Assembly: GCA_030704615.1 (NCBI GenBank)
Contig: CM060733.1
Span: 18,166,001 to 18,230,000 of the forward strand
Length of the DNA stretch: 64,000 bases
Direction of reading: 5' to 3'
Source: Takakia lepidozioides
Lineage: Eukaryota > Plantae > Bryophyta
Shown here one piece after another: positions 26,527 to 37,426 of the stretch (within the stretch, counting starts at the first letter, position 1; every line of letters begins with the position of its first letter). The position numbers and the translations under genes were made by a program. The notes under the pieces were generated by a model, which made no database searches, was not told the origin of the DNA, and saw only the letters and a program-made list of their open reading frames with translations.

Positions 26527-28100
26527 TCACCAATATTCCCCACAAGAACAAACACCATTTTGGAAGTGGTGAAAGCGGTTTGCATCCCGTACAACAATCT
26601 CTTGCTTAGCTATTTTGAGATGAATTTGGTGGCTATGTGGCAATCACCACACATCCGAAGATTCTTGATGATCCTCAAAGACATCCCAGAGGGTGTGTTG
26701 ATAAGCCCAAAAACAATGGCCAGCTTCTCATTGTGGTGGCAAAGAGACGATTCTTTAAGCTCTTCCTCAACATCATGCAATGCAAAGCGCGGGCTTCACC
26801 CCTTCGCACATCATTTGCTTATAGGTCTCCAAAGCCTCCATCCCGTGCCCTTGCTGTGCATATCCTGCAATCATCGCACTCCACGACAACACATCTCGTT
26901 CAGCCATACCGTCAAACACTCCCTTCGTACATGTCCACGAGGGTATTGTTCAGAATGACATTTATTACAAATTTGCACATTTGACAATGTTGCCATGGAC
27001 CTCTTTGCCCTTTTCCAGAGCTGATAGGCTTGCACACGCATTGCAAATGTACACAAACGTGATGTGGTTGGGCTTCACCCCTTCCCCCATCATTTGATCA
27101 TAGGTCTCCAAAGCCTCCATACCACGTCCCTGCTGTGCATACCCTGCAAGTATCGCACTCCACGACACCACATCTCATTCAGCCATGGAAACTCCCTTCG
27201 CATCCTTAATGCACCCACATTTGGCATACATGTCCACCAGGGTAGTGTTCAGAATGACATCTGGTACAATTCCAGCTTTGACAATGTCACCATGGACCTC
27301 TTTCGCCTTTCCCAGAGCTCCCAGGCTTGCACACGCATTGCATCCTGCCTACATTATATTCCACGTGACCAAAGATCGTTGAGGCATTCTGTTGAACACT
27401 TGGTGAGCATCAATGATGCTCCCACACATAACATACATGTTGACAAGGGTGTTGAGTAGAAAAACATTTGACGTGAATCCACTTTGGATGATGTGAGTAT
27501 ACACCTGTTTTCCAACTTCCAGACCTTCCATCTTGATGCACTTAAGCAAGAGACAGACATACATATCTGAATCTGGTGAAATGCCTTGTGTTGTGGTTAG
27601 GCTTCATGCCTTCCCCCATCATTTGCTCATAGGTCTCCAAAGCCTCCATCTCGTGCCCCTGTTGTGCATACCCTGCAAGCATCACGTTCCACGACACCAC
27701 ATCTCGTTCAGCCATAGAGTTGAACACTGATCCCTTGGCATCCTTGATGCACCCACATTTGGCATACGTGTCCACCAGGGCAGGGGCAATGTTCAGAATG
27801 ACATTTGGTAATCTGATAGGCATTCACCTTTTGGCCTCGGTTGTCCCACCATTGTCTGGGGTCAGAAAAATATTCATTCAACAGCTTCTCCTCGTATCTG
27901 TTACCTGTTTTTGGATACTTTCATGTTGTCACATTGGCAGTATCATGTCAAAGTCATTCCAAACTATCCTAGATTCACTCAACCAACTAATTTGCAGAAT
28001 TCAACATGAAAATTTAGGGCCGATTCTGATAGGAGGGGAAAACAGGGTGAAATGTGTTGAAGAAGGTGCCTTCATCAGCAGTGCCTGATTTTATCGATTG
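26527..28100 (-). pseudogene. PLS-class PPR-DYW RNA-editing factor pseudogene
   Basis: P-L-S triplets (DVVSWNVMLAGYAQQG..ALETYEQMMGEGxKPN / ITFVYICNACASL / TLVDMYAKCG). A DYW domain at 26527-26790 reads [59 protein letters not shown]/(1-nt frameshift)/[27 protein letters not shown]. The 5' end is interrupted by the CACTA end at 28103. Confidence 0.9.
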
Positions 28101-28102
28101 TG

Positions 28103-29681
28103 CATTAGTACAGATTAACGTTTTTATGACTATGGATATCACTGCATTTGCAGTGACAAGTGCTTTTACGACTACCTCACTCTATAGTGACAAACACGAA
28201 GTCAGTTCTACCATGACTACGGAGTGATAAGTGCGAAGTCATGGTCGTCACTGAGGACGTGGCATGGGATAGTGATGCAGGGTTTGGTGATGTAGTCATA
28301 ACAGAAATAACTACACAACTGTAAGTTATGACTACATCACTACAGCATTGCGCCTACATGGAGAGGCTTGTGCGTGATACGTGGGATCCTTGGGATTTGA
28401 CATGTGTGACCATATGGTACAGTGGACTACATGACTACATGACTACATGTCATGACTAACATGATAACTACATTACTACAGAAGTCCGCCTACATGGATA
28501 GTTGTCTGCGTGACACACATGACCCTCTGCTATGACACGTGTCCAAATCGTGGGATGGAGTATAGTGATGTAGGCGTAACTTTATGACTACATGACTACA
28601 TTGTGTGACTACACTGATGACTACATAACTACTCAGTACATCGCTGAGGATGACATGTGGCACATTTCCTGAATACATGTATGACTACATTACTATGGGT
28701 GTGACTATATCACTACAACACTACAGATGTCACGTGGTCTTGTTGGAGTATGTGTGAATGACACGTGTAGGTCATGTAGATTTCAATAAAATTTGTTATA
28801 TATTATTCAATTTCAAATGACTAATTTAAATAGTAAATTAAAGTAAATTAATATGAAATTTAAACAAACCATGTGGAGCTCTCATAAGCACAGCAATTGG
28901 CAAAGCAATTGGCCCTCTATATCAAGACACACCCCCTCTGCAGGGAAGGAGAGCCTGCATTAATCTTCCAATGACCAAAGAGTGGACCCCCAACCCTGCT
29001 GGCAGTTGCAAAGTGTGACAAAGAAAGATTCTACCACCAACCCTGTTGCATAGACTGACAGAAGCACCAATATCATACAGTCTGAAAGACAACTACAATC
29101 AAACATGACATCCATAGAAACAGCAACATCACAATCACATCACACACATTCATGTGGTGTTCAAACCAGTCTTTGTATATAAATTCACAAAATATGCTTC
29201 ATTGTTCAATCACAATGTCGCTAAACACTTACCTAGAAAAAACTAGATTCAACAGATACTGCTAGAAGTAAGGGCTTTATTGACAAACAAAGCAGTAGAA
29301 CTTCCTAAACCTCATGTCTCAGTAGCTTCAAACTCCAAAGTGTGGTGCTTCCTACCACATCCCCCAACACAGTATGTTTCTTAACATCGTTAAGATATGG
29401 TAAATGAGCGTTAGTGATGTATGCCTCTTTGATGTATATAGCCGCATACTCAGCTGGCACATCAGGGTAGCCCTCAGCCTTGCAGAGAACATACCCACCT
29501 GCAAAAACAATGAGTGAAAATACCATGCACGCTAGACTACATCAACTATTAATAGGGATGGATGGAGGGAGGGGAGGGAGGAAGGGTAGGCAGGAAGGTC
29601 TACAGCCAACAAGTTGCAGCAAACAACATACATACATACACACACATTTCAATTTCGTTCTCTCTACCTACCTACCCAAAA
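28103..29681 (-). mobile_element. One end of a CACTA (En/Spm) transposon: degenerate TIR, subterminal repeats and the last exon of a TnpA-like accessory gene
   Basis: Starts CATTAGTACAGATTAACGTTTTTATGACTA, similar to the CACTACAACAGATCGCGGTATTTATGACTG TIR at 45814. Dense ATGACTAC/GTAGTCAT repeats run 28120-28760. ORF 29305-29500 (AHLPYLNDVKKHTVLGDVVGSTTLWS) resembles the LPxP..TLGDAxG..xW C-terminus of En/Spm accessory proteins. Homology to the paralogous PPR flanks stops exactly here. Confidence 0.7.
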
Positions 29682-29903
29682 GGGGGGCTGCTATTTCATG
29701 AGCGGCATGAGCATGAGCGGAAAAAAAAAAAACATGAGCAGACCATTGTGAGTCCACGGAAATAGGGTTAGGAGGCACGGAAATAGGGTCATGTGAAGTT
29801 GGAATGTGGCACCTGTGGACTTGAAATGCAACATTTTATTGCAAATTTTGTGGCAAGCCACGTCTATACAAGTGTGTTCTAACTGTCATAGCCGGAATGG
29901 ACA

Positions 29904-32900
29904 CTACTCTCCTACACCCTCCGAGGAACTTGCCCCACCTTCTTCCTCATCCCCCTCATCCCCCTCATCCTCCGAGCTCTGTGATGCATCAGTTCCACTA
30001 TGCCTCTCAAAAATCCCGTCCTCTCCTTGGGGGACTGTCCACCTCACCTCCTGGGAATCTTCTGCGTCTTCTCCCCCACTTTCCTCAGCAGAATCCAACA
30101 CAAATCTACGAGCCCGACGGGCTCTAATAGCTGCTGCCTCCTCCCTCATCTTCATTTTCTTGAGGCTTGCCTCGTCTAAAATCTGTTGTACACGACTACG
30201 TTCGGAACACCTCCTAATGGACACCGAAGCAAGCCTGGCAGCATAAGTAGGAAGGATGTACTCCCTTTCTGGACTAGGCATGAAATCCCCCCTGGCAAAA
30301 AAAGACACTTTCTTCCTGCCCATGAACTCCGGTGTAGACGTCCCTCCGGCAGTACTTAGCATCCTACAGTAAGAACAAATCCACTTCAAGAATGTCAATA
30401 CCAGCACAAGCAGAAAGGGTTTTCAATGAAATAAGAGAGCGGAGGGAGGTGCCTCACAAAATCTGGAGGCAACTTACAATGCCACCACTCACTCGTAAAC
30501 CGGGGGCTCCTCGGCCTCGATCCCAACTTCCTCCCCCTGCTCCTTCTCGGATTTTTCCTCATCCTCCGAGGATGCCTCTTCCTCTTTCGGCAGACGTTCA
30601 GCCGCTGCAAGTTTCGAGTTGTGGAGGGCAGTATCTGGCTCGAAGGCGAACACATGCCTGTCGGACAACGTCCCTGCCCACATTGAAGCACCTGAGGAAC
30701 AAAGCGGGTGGTTAATAGCTTGCGGCATGCAATTGCAATGGGGCCAGGGGACAAATTGAGCACGTGAAGGCTTACCCGTGCCGCATGTGAGGTCCAGAAT
30801 CCGCCCTTGGACATCCGAGCACGTCTCCATGAGGGTTTGGATGAAAGCAGGGCTCCGGGTCCGGCTGTACCGCCACGGTTTGCCTGTCTTTGTGTCCTTC
30901 GGCATACTAGAGTGGGGCACATAGTTGTAGAGGACATCGTAGGTTACAGGGTCCACAGCGGCATCAACAAGACGACCGTCGTTGCGGAATTTGAACGTAG
31001 ACCCTCTCTTCACAAAGCAATATGCCTCAAACACCAATGTCTGCACATCCAACAAAGAATGGATCAATTCCAGGGTCTACTTAACATACACCACAATATG
31101 AAGTGAATGCAATAGATTGATAACTTACACTTTGGCCCTCTGTTCGCAACCCCTGCGTACTGATGCAGAACCATTTTCTGAGGAGGACCGGGGTGACACT
31201 TTTCGGTGTCCACCTTGCCACCGCATTCTCTGTGGTCTTCCCTCTCGTGGCAAGGACAACCACACATCCACCGTCATCCAGAAGCATCCCCGCCAGCCCA
31301 AACCCGGCTTTCCACTAGTCCTCAGTAAACCTGTTCCAGGTGGGCACACCATCCAGGCCCTCCAGCAGCTCCCCATCTGGAATGTCGAGGAGAATCATGT
31401 CGCAAGCTCTCTCCACCTCAACCCCCCCCCCGAGTGCTCTTGCAATTCGTGCTCACAGCCGTGAAGAATTCCATCATGGCTTCAAAACCAGGGGTGTCTT
31501 TAGGCTCTGTACCGGCAGCCCTCTTCTTGGCTTTCCCCTTCTGCTCCGCCAGAGACTTGTTGTGTGCCACCTTCTTCGCCCTGGCAGCGAGAGCGTCAAG
31601 GAAGCTCTCATTGACGCATTGGATGATGGTTGGAGGTTCTAGCTTTGGCCTGTGCGTAAACGTCACCGCCGAATACCGGCGTGTAGGCTCGCCCTCAAAT
31701 GCCAACTTCTTGGCAGAGCCAGTCCCACTCCGAACTGACTTGGGAACCCGGACGACCGGTGACTGGGTAGGAGCAACAGCAGTCGCAGGACCTTGAACAA
31801 AATCGGCGTCGGAGTCACTCTCTTGGGTCCCCTCCTGCGCCTCCTCCGATGCCCCGATGGTTTTCTTCTTTTTGGGTGTTACTGCAGTCACCTGTTTCCT
31901 TGTCCTTTTCCTTTGACCTTTACTCTTCTCATGCAATTTCTCCTGAATTCCTGCCTGAGCAAGCTCTGCCGCTTTCCTGGAGTTCGCAAGCGCTTTTGCC
32001 TCTTTTGCACCCAACGGAGGCAGCGGAGCCCAGTTTCGTCGGAATTCAGCATCCAGCTTCAATTGAAACTCGGATGGGTCGAGCGAGCCGGGCGGAAGGT
32101 CCACATACCAAGGGCAATCACGCAAATGTTCCAGATGCCACTCCTTCACAATATCGTCAGTGTACATGGAGTCAGCCCCAGGGTTCCTCCATGCCAGGAA
32201 GAATGGTGGCTCGAAAGACAGATGACCTTTCTCCAAAAGGGAGAACTTACAGTACCTGCATTCATGAAAAACACAATGAGGTCCGAAAATGGCTAAGTCC
32301 CTGAACGGCAATAGGGCCTACAACTGGAATATGGCGCCGAATTTCCACTTCAGGGCCACCCAGTCTAGGGACTTAGCCCGAAAATGGTTAAGTCCCTGAA
32401 CGGCAATACGGCCTGGAACTGGAAAATGGCGCCGAATTTCCAGTTCAGGGCCACCCAGTCTAGGGACTTAGCCCGAAAATGGCTAAGTCCCTGAACGGCA
32501 ATAGGGCCTAAAACTGGAATATGGCGCCGAATTTCCACTTCAGGGCCAGCCAGTCTACGGACTTAGCCCGAAAATGGCTAAGTCCCTGAACGGCAATAGG
32601 GCCTGGAACTGGAAAATGGCGCCGAATTTCCAGTTCAGGGCCAGCCAGTCTAGGGACTTAGCCCGAAAATGGCTAAGTCCCTGGACGGCAATAGGGCCTA
32701 GAACTGGAAAACGGCGCCGAATTTCCAGTTCCGGGCCAGCCACACTAGGGACTTAGGCCGAAAATGGCTAAGTCCCTGAACGGCAATAGGGCCTAAAACT
32801 GGAATATGGCGCCGAATTTCCACTTCAGGGCCAGCCAGTCTAGGGACTTAGCCCGAAAATGGCTAAGTCCCTGAACGGCAATAGGGCCTGGAACTGGAAA

Positions 32901-35900
32901 ATGGCGCCGAATTTCCAGTTCAGGGCCAGCCAGTCTAGGGACTTAGCCCGAAAATGGCTAAGTCCCTGGACGGCAATAGGGCCTAGAACTGGAAAACGGC
33001 GCCGAATTTCCAGTTCCGGGCCAGCCACACTAGGGACTTAGGCCGAAAATGGCTAAGTCCCTGAACGGCAATATAGGTTGGTTTTGTAGAGCAGAAAGTA
33101 CCTCGTCACATAGTCACGTAGGCTCTCTGCTGCAGGAGATATCTCCATCTTGAACTGATGTGCTTGTGTGTCCAGCTGCTCTTGCGCATTCGTCGTCACC
33201 TGTGGAGATTGTCCATCAGATCGCTTTCCTCAAAAAATACAATGAATCCACCCCCTACTAGAGTAGAAGCCCCAAACAAAGCGTGGGGAAGTACCTGAAA
33301 CCACCATGTCATGCGGTTCATCCACATGTCGAATGTGGGGTCAGAGAGTTTGTCCGGTTTGGGGAAGCTCCACATGTCCCTGGTACTTTGGGAACCATTC
33401 CAGATTTGGAGCCACCGGGTCTGTCCAACCACCCAGCATATTCGTAAGCGCCAAACACCACAAAAAGGAGTTGTTGCCACCACAATTTTGTTAAGAATGT
33501 ATCACCTTTTCTGTTGCATCCACACAGGATGTGGCTAGACGATGGAGCTTCTCCAATGTCATCGTGGGCTTCAGAGCGCGAGAGTAGTGCTTCCCCACCT
33601 CCACCAGAAAGTCGGCACCAAGGGCGGGATCAGCTATGGCCACGTACTTTACCATCCGCGACTTGTACTTTATGCGGGCCCTCACCTCCGCAGCTTTGAC
33701 ATACGATTTGAGTTCCGGGAGGGTTGGATTCTTCTCCTCTGACTCCATGTAGAACCTCCGCGCATGTGCCAAATCCTGCTGTATTTTCGTCTGTCAAGAA
33801 TGCGCACATAAGATTAGAGATCCTGCTCAACACAATTTCTTCTATTGGGGGAGGAGAGACAGATTAGCTCAACAAAACTGTCAGGAAGCTTTACCCGAAA
33901 TATGTAGTCCACCATGGCGTCGACGCTCAGCCTATACCACGTTCTGTCTGCCTTTGCCTCCGACTTGCGCAGGAGGTCGGCACTGAGGGAATTGGCAAAC
34001 TCTTGCACCCCTGCTTCCCGACATCCTTCACTCGGAAGAGCATATGGGACAAGTTGGTGGCAATGAAGGCATTCTCAGTCACCCTGCAGTGCCACATTTC
34101 CATCAAACAATACTGAAATGGGAATTTTCATCATATATGAGGATTCGCAATGAAATGACTTCCAAATTCAAAGTCGAAAAGCGAGAGGGGTTGTAGCTTA
34201 CGAGTTGATGTCGGCCATTGCAGCTTTGAGAAGACTGCGATCTTTGGGCCCCTCAACCTTCAGCACAACACAATCGACGGCGAAATGCCAATCGAGATCG
34301 TTGGGGGGCTTGGGCAATGTGCTCCATCCATGCCAGGAGGCGATGATTGTCGTCCCACACGTAGAACATCTTACCGGACATGTGCTGGAAAAGAGGATCA
34401 CTAGCAATCGATCTCTCGAACTCCTCATTTCGCGTTTGCCAATGGGGACCCCATTTGTCCACCTCATCGGAAGTGTGGGCACGGGAAGCTCCGTGGTCGT
34501 TCTCAATGGAAACGTAAAACGCGGCAGACCCCATTCGATATCCATCCCGGAAAGAGAATTTCAGCTTGTCGATATCGCATGGGAGGGCAGGTCTCACCAC
34601 CTGCAATGACACCAAGCGGCAAAGGGGAATTCGAAGCTTGGCCGGGTACACCATGCCCCCAGCACCCTGCCAATGTTGCTGTGGGTTGCCTCCAACATCT
34701 TGGCAGCGGCCAACTTCATATCCGCCTCAGACATGACGTCTGCTGCAGAGGGGTTTTCCGGCAGCCCACCAGGACCGCCAAATCCAGCCTGTATGCTCCG
34801 GGTTTGGGGCCTGGGGATGTCCGGGAGGATGTCATCCTGGTCAGAAACCTCCATGTCGTCCTCCTCAACAGGGTCAGCCACCTGCGAAACCACCTCCAGC
34901 ACTCTCGTCGTCTCTACTGCCCTCTCCCTGGCTTCACCTCGAACTTGCACAATCCGTGCTCTTTCAGGTGTTCTTTCCTCTCCTCCACTCTCCACCGTAT
35001 GGGTAATTGCGGGGGCTGCTCTTGCCCGCGATGGTCTAACCGGTGTACTACTGCCTCTCTGTGGTGTCTTGTAGGGATCCACCGTCTCTGTGTGTCCCTC
35101 GCTTACATTGGCATTTGTCATTTGGGCACCCCTGGCCTCTTCAGCTGCCTTTTGTCTTTCCTCCTGGCTAGCATTCTGTCTCGTCTGTTCTTTTGCCCTC
35201 TCTTTTGCCCTCTCACGGGCTTTCTGTTTCTTACTAGGGCTAGCAGCAGGGGAGCCCTCCAGGACGACCACCTTTGATTGAGGCGAACTGACACCCTCGC
35301 GCGCACTGCTCACTCCCCCCTCCGCAGCCCGTGACTGCTCTCTCGCCGGGGATTGCATGTGCTTAGCTTTCTTCTTTTTCTTTGCGTGGGCGGGCCCTAC
35401 TGCATGTGCATGAACAACCTCCATTGCCAGATCTGTTGTCCTCATGTCCTCACGCCCTTCACCTACCATGCCGCCTGCACCAACCTCCCCAATGCCTACT
35501 CTGTCGTAATCTCGTTGCAAGTCCTCCGTCCACCAACAAAAGGTTTAAGTTTGCCCTCTCGCCCCAAGTTGGGCGATTCAAACATGCGATGAGTTGGAGC
35601 TGTCGATGATACCACCAGCGTGCCGGGCTCGTCGTCACTCTGTCATTGACAAAAATCGTGAAAACCAACATCGGTGCAAAAAGCAGCATCGCAACGAGCA
35701 GCGCAACCACCATAGCAACAATCATGTAGCAAAAATGAAAACATAACAAGTTTAGGAAGTATGGAGAGCCATGCAACAACAATGAAAACAAATGCAACCA
35801 TTGCCTAAGAATGACATGCACAAGCAGCCTTCTCCAGAGCTGCCGGATTTGCACACGCATTGCAAACAATCTAAGGTTCACTCAACTATCTAAAGTTCAC

Positions 35901-36360
35901 TCATACAGCAAAGCCAGGATGAAGATGCAAAAACAAAGCGAGATAACAAAGCGAAAGCAAAAAATAAATCGAACAAACCGAAAGCAGAAGTGGCTTGCCT
36001 GAGAGTACTCGGCTTCAGTTGGCGCAGGTTGTGAGCAAGACACTGGAATCTCCTGCTGGAGCTTCAGTTTGGCCATGCGAGAGATTGGCCGTCGTCCGTA
36101 GTACAGAGCTTTCAACTTCCGCCGCGGTCGAGATGTGAGGTCTCTCTCAGGAGAGCCACGCCCTTCAGGCGGCATAAGTCCCAGCCAAAAAGATCTCCTT
36201 TTTTGGGGTACATGCCTGGAATACCATGTTAAGCCAAGATTAGCATGAGATTTAGGGTACGTGTCCAGGAAGCCATGCGTCGCCAGCCCGAATAATAACC
36301 GACGGCCGTCGACATTTATTGCCCAACTGCGCAATTAAATGTCGGATGAAGCCCTCCATG
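29904..36360 (-). CDS. Multi-exon gene: low-complexity N-terminus, ParB/Srx-like domain, helical region, beta-class DNA N4-cytosine/N6-adenine methyltransferase-like domain, acidic tail (frameshifts and one stop in this assembly)
   Basis: ParB-like part at 34200-34654: LRIPLCRLVSLQVVRPAL...MFYVWDDNHRLLAW...WHFAVDCVVL. MTase part: motif IV-like CDMILLDIPDG (DIPD 31375-31386), motif VI-like LLDDGGCVVVL, then KPWRYSRTRSPAFIQTLMETCSDVQGRILDLTCGTG/ASMWAGTLSDRHVFAFEPD (motifs X-I-II) after removing the 84-nt GT-AG intron 30692-30775. About 10 introns; in-frame TAG at 31315-31317. Confidence 0.75.
32283..33073. repeat. 95-bp tandem array (about 8.3 units, 285-bp higher-order repeat) inside an intron of the ParB-MTase gene
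   Basis: Units start at 32283, 32378, 32473 and so on. ORFs 32555 and 32840 are identical and 285 bp apart. Each unit has the stem AGGGACTTAGCC-cgaaaat-GGCTAAGTCCCT and a second stem around GGCGCCGAATTTCCA. Confidence 0.97.
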
Positions 36361-36399
36361 TCGGATGAAAATCGACGTAAACAGTCCCGGAATTTCCAA

Positions 36400-37157
36400 C
36401 GTAGAGGTAATTCGGAGCGCTGCACGATGGAATTCCGGCGCTGGATTTCCATCCTGCAGGTAATTCGGAGCGCAGCATGATGGATATCCGGCGCCGAATT
36501 TCCATCCGCGGAGGAAGGGCGGCGCTGGAAATTTCCCTCACGCAGGTAATTCGGAAGCGCGCGGATGGAAATCCGGCGACGAATTTCCATCCAGCCAGGT
36601 AGGGCGGCGCTGGAAATTTCCCTCAAGCAGGTAATTCGGAAGCGCTCGGATGAAATCCGGCGCCGAATTTCCATCCGCGGAGATAGGGCGGCGCGCCGAA
36701 TTCCCCTCACGCAGGTAATTCGGAAGCGCGCGGATGGAAATCCGGCGCCGAATTTCCATCCAACCAGGTAGTGCGGCGCTGGAAATTTCCCTCAAGCAAG
36801 TAATTCGGAAGCGCGCGGATGGAAATCCGGCGCCGAATTTCCATCCAGCCAGGTAGGGCGGCGCTGGAAATTTCCCTCAAGTAGGTAATTCGGAAGCGCT
36901 CGGATGGAAATCCGGCGCCGAATTTCCATCCGCGGAGATAGGGCGGCGCGCCGAATTTCCCTCACGCAGGTAATTCGGAAGCGCGCGGATGGAAATCCGG
37001 CGCCGAATTTCCATCCAACCAAGGTAGTGCGGAGCTGGAAATTTCCCTCAAGCAGGTAATTCAGAAGCGCTCGGAGGAAATCCGGCGCGAATTTCCATCC
37101 GCGGAGATAGGGCGGCGCGCCGAATTTCCCTCACGCAGGTAATTCGGAAGCGCGCGG
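36400..37157. repeat. About 85-bp tandem array (about 9 units, alternating A/B types) between the two divergent genes
   Basis: GCAGGTAATTCGGAAGCGC recurs every 84-86 bp. Each unit has the 30-bp near-perfect palindrome GGATGGAAATCCGGCGCCGAATTTCCATCC. Confidence 0.96.
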
Positions 37158-37426
37158 CTTCTCCACTTCAGCCGTCATCATCCGGACGGCCCCCCACTTT
37201 CTGACTGCATACCGTTGGCAGTTATTGCGCAAAGACGAGGGGCCGCATTCCGGAGACAAGGTTCATTAACACTCTGACTGTGGATTTTTGAGATAGTTGG
37301 CTCCCTGGATTTGATCAGGCTTCGTCGCTCGGACAAATCGGCATCGCATTCATCCCATCGCTGCACCCCCTTCTACCAGGGAGCTTCCCCGCACGCCATC
37401 CTGGCAGTCTTGTGTGCACATCTCCC

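Noticed and set aside
32555-37022. Short ORFs within the arrays (e.g. 32555-32743, 32840-33028, 36252-37022)
   Set aside because: They are by-products of stop-poor GC-rich repeats, and the 95-bp array lies in a predicted intron.
32283-37157. CRISPR-like appearance of the palindromic arrays
   Set aside because: The sequences between the palindromes are themselves repeated, not unique spacers. There are no cas genes and the context is eukaryotic and spliced.
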